DNA of 24,000 nt from Inediibacterium massiliense (GTDB lineage Bacteria > Bacillota > Clostridia > Peptostreptococcales > Thermotaleaceae). Positions 1 to 8,193 of the stretch are shown in pieces; position 1 is the first letter of the stretch, and the number at the start of each line of letters is the position of its first letter. Position numbers and translations under genes: made by a program. The notes under the pieces are model-generated. The model saw only the letters and a list, made by a program, of their open reading frames with translations. It had not been told where the DNA came from and searched no databases. The stretch is from contig NZ_LN876586.1 in assembly GCF_001282725.1 (NCBI RefSeq), positions 97,464 to 121,463 on the forward strand, read 5' to 3'.

Positions 1-900
1 GACAGATATTTGAAATATATTATAAATAATTAAATATCCTGTAAATATAATTAAAAGACTTGCACTTAAAATAGCAAGGATTGTTGGAGGATCCATACTA
101 AAGTTGGTAGATAAGTAGGCCCAGTTCACTCCTGTTTTGATATGATTAGGTGCATTTTTATTCATACTATAGCCGCTATCTATAAGGACTTTTTCCATAT
201 TCTTTTCAATATTTTGGCTATTTTTAAACATGACATCTAAAAAGATCAAGCCTGTTCCTATACTTTCTTGATTTTTTCTAGGAATATTCATAGATAAAAT
301 ATTCTTATTAACAAAATCATAAGAAACAAATAACATACTTGCACAAGAAACTTCATCATACTCCCAAAATCCAGATAAAATAAGCTCTTTATGAAATTTT
401 TTTTTTCCAATAGTATATTCAATGGGAATTTTTTCACCTATTTTATGAGGTATTTTTAATAAATCAAGAACTCTTGTATCCGTGGCCACTTCATTGATGT
501 TTTGTGGCATTTTTCCTGTTGTAGGATAACTAAAAAACATTTTTGCTTGTGTATCTGTAGCGTATCTAATTTCTGTATGGTGTTTTAAAAACTCTTTGTT
601 CTTGGCCATATTGACCATGATGGAATAACCATATTCTTGAATGAGAGGATGATTTTTAATTTTATCAAATTCTTCTTTGTTTAGTTCTTTAAAACTACCA
701 TGAGCATATCCTCCTACCTGTCTTAAGGTTTGTTGTTCCATAGATTCAATCAAACCCATTCCTATTGTAAATAAAGAGGTAAATAAAATTGTTGTAAGGG
801 TGATAGCAATGATTGCAAATAAATTCCTTAATTGATTTGCTTTTATACTTTTTCTTGTTATTTTATGAATGATGGCTTGATTATTGTTTTTAAATTTCAT
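1..900 (-). CDS. ABC transporter permease, FtsX/BceB-like family (N-terminal 300 codons; gene continues past the window start)
   Basis: Absent from the ORF track because it has no stop inside the window. The ATG at 900-898 overlaps the stop of the upstream ATPase gene (ATGA). My hand translation is open for all 300 codons down to position 1: MKFKNNNQAIIHKITRKSIKANQLRNLFAIIAITLTTILFTSLFTIGMGLIESMEQQTLRQVGGYAHGSF ... SLLIIFTGYLIIYNIFQISV. It shows an N-terminal TM helix, a long loop and then a TM helix, as in FtsX-type permeases paired with MacB/BceA-type ATPases. Confidence 0.75.
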   Translation of the reverse strand, partial: MKFKNNNQAIIHKITRKSIKANQLRNLFAIIAITLTTILFTSLFTIGMGLIESMEQQTLRQVGGYAHGSFKELNKEEFDKIKNHPLIQEYGYSIMVNMAKNKEFLKHHTEIRYATDTQAKMFFSYPTTGKMPQNINEVATDTRVLDLLKIPHKIGEKIPIEYTIGKKKFHKELILSGFWEYDEVSCASMLFVSYDFVNKNILSMNIPRKNQESIGTGLIFLDVMFKNSQNIEKNMEKVLIDSGYSMNKNAPNHIKTGVNWAYLSTNFSMDPPTILAILSASLLIIFTGYLIIYNIFQISV

Positions 901-1574
901 TGAAGATCACCTCCTACGATGTTGCCATCTTCAATGTGAATGATTCTATCGGCAAGCTGTGCAATTTCTTCGTTATGGGTGATCATTACTATGGTTTGAT
1001 TAAATTTTTTACTTGTCATTTTTAAAAGACCAATAACCTCCATACTTGTTTTGCTATCAAGATTTCCAGTAGGTTCATCTGCAAGTATGATTGTAGGTTT
1101 GGTGGCCAATGCTCTTGCTATGGCGACCCGTTGTTGTTGACCTCCAGAAAGATTATTTGGCATATTATGTATTTTATTTTCAAGTCCTAAGGTTCTTATA
1201 ATATTATCTAAAAAGATGTGATCAATAGTGCCCCCATCTAGTTCTATAGGTAATGTAATATTTTCATATACATTTAATACAGGTACAAGATTGTAATTTT
1301 GAAATACAAAGCCTATATTTCTACGTCGAAATATTGTTAATTCTTCATCATTTAATGAAAAGATTTCTTTATTACCTATCCATACATCTCCACTTGTTGC
1401 CCGATCCAATCCTCCAAGCATATGTAAAAGGGTACTTTTTCCACTCCCCGATGTCCCTACAATAGATACAAATTCTCCTTCATGGATTTCAACATCTACG
1501 CCATCCAGGGCTTTTACAATATTTGGTCCATTTCCATAGTATTTTTTTAGTTTTTTGGTTTTTAATATGCTCAT
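897..1574 (-). CDS. ABC transporter ATP-binding protein (MacB/LolD/BceA-like)
   Basis: Walker A GTSGSGKST, signature LSGGQQQRVAIARAL, Walker B ILADEPTGNLD and an H-loop ITHN. The track start at 1583 has GGAG directly abutting the ATG. The ATG at 1574 (MSILKTKKL...) lies 9 nt after that GGAG and is the more likely start. Confidence 0.9.
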   Translation of the reverse strand: MSILKTKKLKKYYGNGPNIVKALDGVDVEIHEGEFVSIVGTSGSGKSTLLHMLGGLDRATSGDVWIGNKEIFSLNDEELTIFRRRNIGFVFQNYNLVPVLNVYENITLPIELDGGTIDHIFLDNIIRTLGLENKIHNMPNNLSGGQQQRVAIARALATKPTIILADEPTGNLDSKTSMEVIGLLKMTSKKFNQTIVMITHNEEIAQLADRIIHIEDGNIVGGDLQ

Positions 1575-1771
1575 CAAAATCATCTCCGTATTTCTTTTTA
1601 GATTGAAGCTTTATATGTACAATATAGATTGTAAAGGATACTTCTTACAATCTCGTGACAAATTTATATTTTCATAATCAAAAAGTTTACATCTTGGAAA
1701 TATTTTATTTATTTTTTAGAAAAGAAAAGAAGCTATAATTTTAATATAAGATGATGAAGAGGGGGAGAAAT

Positions 1772-2992
1772 ATGAAATCCAAATTGATAAAAAAAATAGT
1801 TTGTACTTCTTTAGTAGGAATCATTACTGTATGTGGAATGACTGCTTGTAGCTCAAATGAAAAAGAAAAGGAGGTTGTGGTACTTAACAATCAACAAGAC
1901 GAGATTAATGACGTTTTATCTATCAAAAAAATTGATGAAATTGATAATTTTACAGGAGAGGCTTGGTTGGATAATGGAAAAATTTTAGGGATAAAGAACT
2001 TTAGTATTTCACATGAAAATAAAAAAATTCCTAATATAGCTATATATGATACAAATAGTGGAGAGCTTCAAACTTTGAGTAAAAATGAGGATAGTGGTAA
2101 AACGTTATTATCTACTAGGGACATAACAAAAGATGAAAGATATGTATTGTATACAAAAAGATTCGATTGGTATAGTTGGGATGATAGCAGAAATGTTTAT
2201 GTGATTGACTTAAAAACTGGAGAAGAAAAGAAAATAGCAGAAAAAGTAAATACTGCATCTGGATTTCTGGATGAAAATAAAATAATTTGTTCAAAAGGTA
2301 TGGAGCTATCTATATATGATGTAGATGGAAATGAAGAAAAAGTTAAGCTTCCAGATAAACTAGTTGAAAACTTAAATGATTTTAACGAATATAGCTTTGA
2401 AAAATACTTAAAATTATATTATGATGGAGAGTCTCTTGATGATAAAGAGCTTAAAGAAGCAAAAGAAAGATATCAATATGAAAAAGAAAATAACTCTATA
2501 CGATTTCCTAGTAAAAAAGGTGATGAAATTTTACTAGAAACATATACTCGAGCTCCTTTTGTATATAATTTAAAAACGAAAGAATATAAAGTACCAACCA
2601 AGACAGAGGCTAAAAAGTTTTATTATCATAGAGACAAGCCACATACAGCTAAATTAGAAGAAAATGCTTCGGGAGAGAGAGAACTTTGGGAATTAGATGA
2701 AAATGGAAAACATAAAAAAATTATTGCAAAAGGTGATATAAGAGGAAGTGTTCAAGTTTCACCAGATAAGACAAAGGTTGCTTACCGTGTATATGGTGAA
2801 AAAGGAGAAAAGAATATGTTTGTTTATGACTTTGAAACAGAAAAAAGCTTTAAGATTTTTTCACAATGTGTTTCCGAAGCTTATTGGGATAAAGATTCAA
2901 ATCAATTTTTTATGACATCTTATAAAGAATCAGATAAAGGATCACAAAATCCTCATGATTCTTATGTAACCAGTGTAGTAACTTTAAATTAG
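1772..2992 (+). CDS. Secreted lipoprotein with PD40/TolB-like beta-propeller-type repeats; function unknown
   Basis: The ATG at 1772 is preceded by GAGGGGGAG. The signal peptide MKSKLIKKIVCTSLVGIITVCGMTAC has the lipobox GMTA-C. Repeated motifs of the type 'SPD-K-VAY ... MFVYDFETEK' and 'NVYVIDLKTGEEKKI' resemble PD40/WD40-like propeller blades. Confidence 0.65.
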   Translation: MKSKLIKKIVCTSLVGIITVCGMTACSSNEKEKEVVVLNNQQDEINDVLSIKKIDEIDNFTGEAWLDNGKILGIKNFSISHENKKIPNIAIYDTNSGELQTLSKNEDSGKTLLSTRDITKDERYVLYTKRFDWYSWDDSRNVYVIDLKTGEEKKIAEKVNTASGFLDENKIICSKGMELSIYDVDGNEEKVKLPDKLVENLNDFNEYSFEKYLKLYYDGESLDDKELKEAKERYQYEKENNSIRFPSKKGDEILLETYTRAPFVYNLKTKEYKVPTKTEAKKFYYHRDKPHTAKLEENASGERELWELDENGKHKKIIAKGDIRGSVQVSPDKTKVAYRVYGEKGEKNMFVYDFETEKSFKIFSQCVSEAYWDKDSNQFFMTSYKESDKGSQNPHDSYVTSVVTLN

Positions 2993-3011
2993 AAATATGA
3001 TTTATTGAAAG

Positions 3012-3034
3012 AAGAGCAAATATGCTCTTTTTTC
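3012..3034 (+). terminator. Rho-independent terminator after the lipoprotein gene
   Basis: Stem AAGAGCA, loop AATA, stem TGCTCTT, followed by a T-run. Confidence 0.6.
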
Positions 3035-3081
3035 TGTTTAAAATATTATGCTAAAATAGGGTTAGATAAGGGGAGGTATAT

Positions 3082-3783
3082 ATGGAAATCAAAATATTAG
3101 TAGCAGATGATGAAGAAAATATAACAGATTCAATCGCTTATGTCCTAAAGCGTGAACAATATACAGTGTATAAAGCTTATGATGGGGAGGAAGCGGTAAG
3201 TCAGATACACAAGCTTCGTCCAGATTTATTGATTTTAGATATAATGATGCCAAAGCTTAATGGATATGAGGTTTGTAAAAAAATAGAAAATAATAACAAT
3301 ATAGGTATTATCATGCTTACAGCTAAAAGTGATTTGATAGATAAAGTATTAGGGCTTGAATTAGGTGCTGATGATTATATGACAAAACCATTTGATATGG
3401 TAGAGCTTCTTGCAAGAGTTAGATCTTTAAGTAGAAGAATAAAAAAAGGAAATAGCATAATAGAAAAAAGATCTGATGAAGTTTTAAAGCTACATGAAAT
3501 AAAAATATGTTTAAGAGAAAGAGTCGTTTATATAGAAAATGATATGATAGATTTAAAACCGAAAGAATTTGATCTTTTATCATTTCTTGTGGAAAATAAG
3601 GAAAAAACTTTTACAAGAGATGAGATCCTAGATAGAGTTTGGGGACAAGATTATTTTGGAGGAACAAGAACTATTGATATACATATCCAAAGAATTAGAA
3701 AAAAGATAGGAAAATATAGTGAAATCATAAAGACTGTACCTAAAATCGGATATAAAGTAGTGGAGAAAATTTATGAAAGCTAG
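3082..3783 (+). CDS. OmpR/PhoB-family response regulator (receiver plus winged-helix domain)
   Basis: Receiver motifs ILVADDEE, DLLILDIMMP and LTAK. The C-terminal trans_reg_C pattern reads LKPKEFDLLSFL ... RTIDIHIQRIRKKI ... IKTVPKIGYK. GGAGG lies 5 nt before the ATG. Confidence 0.92.
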   Translation: MEIKILVADDEENITDSIAYVLKREQYTVYKAYDGEEAVSQIHKLRPDLLILDIMMPKLNGYEVCKKIENNNNIGIIMLTAKSDLIDKVLGLELGADDYMTKPFDMVELLARVRSLSRRIKKGNSIIEKRSDEVLKLHEIKICLRERVVYIENDMIDLKPKEFDLLSFLVENKEKTFTRDEILDRVWGQDYFGGTRTIDIHIQRIRKKIGKYSEIIKTVPKIGYKVVEKIYES

Positions 3784-5239
3784 TATAAAAATAAAATGGG
3801 CTATATTTATTATTTTATTACTTATTTTTAATCTTTTTATCATAAGTTTTTTTATGTTAAAAGGAATAGAGAAAAATCAAAGACAATCTTATGAAGCATT
3901 CTTAAAAGACAATAGTAAAACTGCAAATCTTTATATAAGGGAGAAATTTCTTTCTAGTAATTATAAAGATTATGAAAAATTTTATACTGAAAATGCACAA
4001 GAAATTAGATTGAACTTAGGGAGAATATTAGATTTATATATTTCATTTTATGATATGAAAGGAAATTTAATATCAAGTATACACGATGATAGAGAAGATC
4101 AAAAAAAATTAAAAATAATGAAGGAAGCTTTAAATAATAAAATTGTATATGAAAAAAGTAATGAAAAGATATTGTATCTAGCTCCTGTGTATGATTTGAA
4201 AAAACAAATTGGTGTATTAAAATTTGAATATAATACAAAAAAAGAAAAAGATTTTTATAAAGAAATCAGACTGCTTTTCTTAGAAGTTGGAATGATTTCA
4301 ATTGTTGGAACTTACCTATTGGCACGTCTTTATTTTTCAAAAATTGTTCATAACATATTAGGACTTAAAAAATCTGTAAAAGAAATTGAAAAAGGAAATT
4401 ATGAAGGAGTAAAAATATTAGATGAAAAAGACGAGATAGGCGATTTAAGTAAAGGAATATCCTTTATGGCGAGTAAAATAAAAGAAAATATGAATGAGAT
4501 TCATGATGAAAAAGAAAAGCTACAGCTTGCAGTAGACAAGCTTCAAAGTTTAGAGAAGCAACAGAAAGAATTTATAGGAAACATCACTCATGAATTTAAA
4601 ACTCCACTAACTGTAATAAAAGCACAAATAGATTTGATGACCCTTTATCAAGATGATGAAGATATGGTATATAAATCAAAGGAAATCGCAGAAAAAGAAT
4701 TAAAAAGATTAGATAGTATGGTTGAAAATATACTTTACTTATCTAAACTTGAAAAGTATGATTTTGAAATAAAAAAAGAAAAGATAGATACACAAACACT
4801 TCTTGTAGATATATGCAATAGAATGAGTGGAAAGGCTTCTAAATTTGGTATAGAGATCATAAAAAATATCCAGTCTGCTTATATTTTTATGGATTCTGAA
4901 AGCTTTATGCAGATCTTTATTAATCTTATAGATAATGCAATCAAATATAATGTGAGCGGTGGAAAAATATATATAAGAAGCTATGTAAAGGATGATTTTA
5001 ACTATATTGAAGTTGAAGATACAGGAATCGGAATACCTAATGAACATAGAGAAAAAATATTTGAACCTTTTTATACAGTAGATAAAAATCGATCTAAAAA
5101 ATTTTCGGGAACAGGTTTAGGACTTTCTCTTGTCCACAATCTTGTAAAAAGACAAAAGGGACGGTTAACGATTTTAGATTGTAAAGTAGGAACTATTTTT
5201 CAAGTTGCATTTCCTATTTATAATAAAAAAATAATGTGA
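3773..5239 (+). CDS. Sensor histidine kinase (2 TM with an extracytoplasmic loop, HAMP, HisKA, HATPase_c)
   Basis: The gene overlaps the response-regulator gene by 11 nt. H-box ITHEFKTPLT, N-box LIDNAIKYN, G-boxes EDTGIGIP and GTGLGLSLV. TM helices lie near residues 9-30 and 165-187, flanking a loop of about 135 aa. Confidence 0.92.
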   Translation: MKASIKIKWAIFIILLLIFNLFIISFFMLKGIEKNQRQSYEAFLKDNSKTANLYIREKFLSSNYKDYEKFYTENAQEIRLNLGRILDLYISFYDMKGNLISSIHDDREDQKKLKIMKEALNNKIVYEKSNEKILYLAPVYDLKKQIGVLKFEYNTKKEKDFYKEIRLLFLEVGMISIVGTYLLARLYFSKIVHNILGLKKSVKEIEKGNYEGVKILDEKDEIGDLSKGISFMASKIKENMNEIHDEKEKLQLAVDKLQSLEKQQKEFIGNITHEFKTPLTVIKAQIDLMTLYQDDEDMVYKSKEIAEKELKRLDSMVENILYLSKLEKYDFEIKKEKIDTQTLLVDICNRMSGKASKFGIEIIKNIQSAYIFMDSESFMQIFINLIDNAIKYNVSGGKIYIRSYVKDDFNYIEVEDTGIGIPNEHREKIFEPFYTVDKNRSKKFSGTGLGLSLVHNLVKRQKGRLTILDCKVGTIFQVAFPIYNKKIM

Positions 5240-5265
5240 AATAAAGATTTTGTTAGAATATATAT

Positions 5266-5303
5266 TCCCTGTTTTATTAGTTGAAGTAAAGCAGGGATTT
5301 TTG
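5266..5303 (+). terminator. Rho-independent terminator after the kinase gene
   Basis: A 10-bp stem pairs TCCCTGTTTT with AAAGCAGGGA (one G-U pair), followed by TTTTTGT. Confidence 0.6.
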
Positions 5304-5382
5304 TATTCATAAATTTTTATAAAATTTTTTAAGAGAAAACCCGTACTTAGTGTGTAGTAATATATGAAAGGAGATGAATATT

Positions 5383-5928
5383 TTGGAATACTCACAAAGT
5401 GCACTTGTGGAAGGAATGAAGAATAAAGATGTAGCCGCTTATGAATATATGATAAGCAAATATACAAAAACAATATATTACTTAGCTTATACTATTTTAT
5501 CAGGGGCATTAAATAAGGAAGATATTGAGGAATGTGTATCAGATGTTTTTTTAGATGCCTGGATAAAAATTAATGAATTTGATGAAGAAAAAGGAAACTT
5601 TAGGACATGGCTTTTAATTTTGACAAAATATAAGGCACTTACATATAAAAGAAAGAAAAAGCTAACAAATATCATAAATATTGAGGAATTTGAAATTAAA
5701 GATAGTTACAATTTAGAGAAACAGTTTTTTCAAAGACAAGAGCAAGAGACGGTTATAAAAACCATCAATACTTTTAACAAGATAGATAAGGAAATATTTT
5801 TTAGAAGATATTTTTTTGGCGAAAAAATAAATGATTTGGCAAAAGCCTTTAATTTATCCAGATCAGCTATAGACAATAGGCTTTTAAGAGGAAGAATGGC
5901 TATAAAGGAGGAGTTAAATTATGAATGA
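5383..5928 (+). CDS. ECF-type (sigma-70 family, group 4) RNA polymerase sigma factor
   Basis: The region 2 pattern is IYYLAYTIL ... EDIEECVSDVFLDAWIKINEFD ... FRTWLLILTKYKALTYKRK. The region 4 HTH is LAKAFNLSRSAIDNRLLRGR. The track ATG at 5374 directly abuts GGAG, so the in-frame TTG at 5383 (9 nt after GGAG) is the likelier start. Confidence 0.85.
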   Translation: MEYSQSALVEGMKNKDVAAYEYMISKYTKTIYYLAYTILSGALNKEDIEECVSDVFLDAWIKINEFDEEKGNFRTWLLILTKYKALTYKRKKKLTNIINIEEFEIKDSYNLEKQFFQRQEQETVIKTINTFNKIDKEIFFRRYFFGEKINDLAKAFNLSRSAIDNRLLRGRMAIKEELNYE

Positions 5929-7252
5929 AGATAAATTAATCGAATTGTTAAGCAATTTGGATGATGATTTGGCTGAAAAAGAAATCGATAAATTATTAGA
6001 AGGGGTGGAAATTGATATGAATTCTATCAATAAAAAAGCGAATGAGAAGTTAAAAAATCATAATAAAAAAAATAATGGAAGAAAAAAAATAAAGTATGTG
6101 GCTGCTGCTTGTATAGGATTACTATGCATAACTACTGCATATGCAGATGATATTTCAGAAGCAATAAAAGTGTTCTTTAATAAAACTCCAGTATATTCTA
6201 CTATGGTTGATGGAGAGGCCTATTATTTAAAAGGAAGCTATTCTTTAAATGAAGATATTCAACTTAAAAGTTTAATGGTTTCAGAAGGAAAGTTAGAAAT
6301 GGAATTGACTTCAAGTTTAAGTGAAGATGAACTAGAGGAGATCAATATTATACCTAAGAAGGATCCTAATACAGTTTATGGTGTAGGTGGTTACTCAAAA
6401 GAAGGAGGAGCATATTCTTTTAGCTTTATGAATAAGAATGAAGAGAATTATAACATAAAACCTTTTAAAGATCTTGAAATTAAAATAGCAGGAAAATCTT
6501 ATGAAGTTTCATTAGAAGAAGCAAAAAGCTTAAATGGAAAAGATCAAATTTATACTAGCAATAATAATGTGAAAGGTGTAAATGTAGGTGCTACAAAGAT
6601 TGATGAAAATGGAAAATTAAATATTCAAGTCATTACAGCGTTTGAAGATGAAGCTTTAAAATTAGCAAGCCTTGGAAAACCAAGCAAAACAAAGGTAGTA
6701 TGTACAACAGAAAATACAGGAGAAGGAATCCTTGGTAGCGGTACAAGTAGTAAAACAGATGATATTTATGTAGTAGATGAAAAAAATAAGGAATACAAGC
6801 TTGAAATTCCAAAAGATTCAAAAGGTCGCCCTGTAACAATATTTGAAACAAATGCACCAAAGGATCAAAAATTAACATTAAAATTACCTGCTATGATTGC
6901 ATTATATGAAAAAACAATTGATTCATTTAAACTTAATATTCCTAAGGAAGGAGAAGAAGCTTTAAATAAAGAACTTGATTTTAATATCCAAAAGGCTGTT
7001 ATTAAAAACATTAAAAGAACATCAAAAACATCTGCTAAGTTAGAAATAGAGTTAAATACTGGTGGAGATGAAAGTGTAGATATAAGATCTTTTGATTTTT
7101 ATAGTCCTGATGTGAAAAAAATATCTTCTGAATTTAAAGGTGATCAAGGGGTTATCACTTTAGAGTTTGATGAAAATATGGATACTACCGACATAGAGAT
7201 ATCTTATCCTGAATTTGTAATGAATGGAAATTGGTTAGTGGATATGAAGTAG
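5921..7252 (+). CDS. Putative anti-sigma factor: single-pass membrane protein with a large extracytoplasmic domain
   Basis: The start overlaps the sigma gene stop (ATGAATGA) and is preceded by GGAGGAG. It has a short cytoplasmic N-terminus, one TM helix (YVAAACIGLLCITTAYA) and an external domain of about 365 aa. The role is inferred from position and topology only. Confidence 0.55.
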   Translation: MNEDKLIELLSNLDDDLAEKEIDKLLEGVEIDMNSINKKANEKLKNHNKKNNGRKKIKYVAAACIGLLCITTAYADDISEAIKVFFNKTPVYSTMVDGEAYYLKGSYSLNEDIQLKSLMVSEGKLEMELTSSLSEDELEEINIIPKKDPNTVYGVGGYSKEGGAYSFSFMNKNEENYNIKPFKDLEIKIAGKSYEVSLEEAKSLNGKDQIYTSNNNVKGVNVGATKIDENGKLNIQVITAFEDEALKLASLGKPSKTKVVCTTENTGEGILGSGTSSKTDDIYVVDEKNKEYKLEIPKDSKGRPVTIFETNAPKDQKLTLKLPAMIALYEKTIDSFKLNIPKEGEEALNKELDFNIQKAVIKNIKRTSKTSAKLEIELNTGGDESVDIRSFDFYSPDVKKISSEFKGDQGVITLEFDENMDTTDIEISYPEFVMNGNWLVDMK

Positions 7253-7264
7253 AGGTATAGGATA

Positions 7265-7310
7265 CAAACAACAATTCTTATGAGAACATGAGGATTGTTG
7301 TTTGAGGTTT
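7265..7310 (+). terminator. Rho-independent terminator after the sigma/anti-sigma operon
   Basis: A 14-bp stem pairs CAAACAACAATTCT with AGGATTGTTGTTTG (one G-U pair), followed by AGGTTTTATT. Confidence 0.65.
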
Positions 7311-7399
7311 TATTAGAATGTTTCACGTTTAAATTTATTCATTTTACGATAAAAATATTTATACATACTTCAATTTGAGTATGGATATTGACGTTTCGC

Positions 7400-7438
7400 T
7401 GATTTAGGGTTGTTTAAATTGATTTTTAATATTAAAAT
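7400..7438 (+). promoter_or_regulatory. Candidate agrBD promoter with degenerate LytTR-type boxes (-35 TTGTTT 7410-7415, -10 TAAAAT 7433-7438, 17-nt spacer)
   Basis: TGATTTAGGGTTGTTTAAATTGATTTTTAATATTAAAAT aligns with the minus-strand repeat module ACAGTTAGGGACGGTTAATTGTTTTTAATCATTATAAT from 10945-10982. About 28 of 38 columns are identical, with three 1-nt gaps. Confidence 0.4.
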
Positions 7439-7469
7439 AACAAAATGAGTAAATTTTATTTGTTAGCAG

Positions 7470-8069
7470 GTGTATTTATTGAACAAAATAAGTAAAAAAA
7501 TAATTGACTGGATGAAAAACTATATAGATCATCCTTCAGAAGAAGAAATAGAAATAGCAGAATATGGGATAACTTCTTTTTTAATTAATATCTATAAAAT
7601 ACCTATATTCTTTTTGATAGCTTATTTATTGGGTATTTTGAAATATTATATGCTCACTACCTTTTTATTTTCTATTATAAAGATGCATAGTTGGGGAATA
7701 CATATGCGTAGTGGATTTACTTGCATATTAGCAACTTTAGTTTCATTTGTTTTAATTATATATATATCAATATTTTTTAATATATGTATATTTATAAAAT
7801 TACTATTATCCACCATATCTTTATATTTTTTATATAAATATGCTCCAGCAGATACAGAAGAACGACCGTGCTTAAATGAAAATATTAGAAAAAAGTTTAA
7901 AAAAAGATCTATTATAATTGGTATGATATATGTAATTTGCTCATTTGCATATCCAAGTCAAATAGTTTCTAATATTTTTATACTTATATTATTTTTGCAA
8001 ACTATTTGTATTTTACCTTTTACATATAATGTCTTTCATAGGAGGTATAACAATTATGAATATTACTAA
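7470..8069 (+). CDS. agrB: AgrB-family membrane peptidase (autoinducing-peptide processing enzyme)
   Basis: This is a polytopic membrane protein of about 195 aa with the AgrB-type pattern SWGIHMRSGFTC. The His-x6-Cys spacing matches the catalytic H77/C84 pair of S. aureus AgrB. The start is GTG at 7470 or, after the AGGTG motif, TTG at 7479. A small agrD-like ORF follows immediately. Confidence 0.85.
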   Translation: MYLLNKISKKIIDWMKNYIDHPSEEEIEIAEYGITSFLINIYKIPIFFLIAYLLGILKYYMLTTFLFSIIKMHSWGIHMRSGFTCILATLVSFVLIIYISIFFNICIFIKLLLSTISLYFLYKYAPADTEERPCLNENIRKKFKKRSIIIGMIYVICSFAYPSQIVSNIFILILFLQTICILPFTYNVFHRRYNNYEYY

Positions 8070-8193
8070 CAAAGTATTAAAAACAATAGCAAAGGCAATT
8101 TTTAGTATGGCTTTTCTTATTAGTTTTTTACCTTGTTCTTTTGCTACTGGATTTGAAGAAATAAAAGCTCCTGATTCAATTATAAAAAGATAA
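8056..8193 (+). CDS. agrD: AgrD-like autoinducing peptide precursor (45 aa), not in the ORF track
   Basis: GGAGG at 8041-8045 precedes the ATG at 8056, which overlaps the agrB 3' end by 14 nt. Translation: MNITNKVLKTIAKAIFSMAFLISFLPCSFATGFEEIKAPDSIIKR. It has an amphipathic or hydrophobic leader, one Cys followed by 4 residues (CSFAT, a candidate 5-membered thiolactone ring) and then an acidic, Pro-containing tail (GFEEIKAP), like the AgrB recognition tails of staphylococcal and clostridial AgrD. Confidence 0.75.
   Translation: MNITNKVLKTIAKAIFSMAFLISFLPCSFATGFEEIKAPDSIIKR

Noticed and set aside
4606-4614. Isolated matches to the LytTR consensus: ACAGTTAGT on the minus strand inside the histidine kinase gene, and ACAGTTGAA at 16880-16888 near the tadA promoter.
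   Set aside because: These are single boxes with no partner at 10 or 21 bp. One is inside coding sequence. That is expected by chance for a degenerate 9-mer in 24 kb.
7324-7353. A second possible LytTR pair upstream of agrB: CACGTTTAA and TACGATAAA with a canonical 21-bp start-to-start spacing. GACGTTTCG at 7389-7397 was also noted.
   Set aside because: Each box mismatches the LytTR consensus at two or more constrained positions, and the two share only 6/9 positions with each other. No -10 element lies at an appropriate distance. This is not distinguishable from chance in AT-rich sequence.
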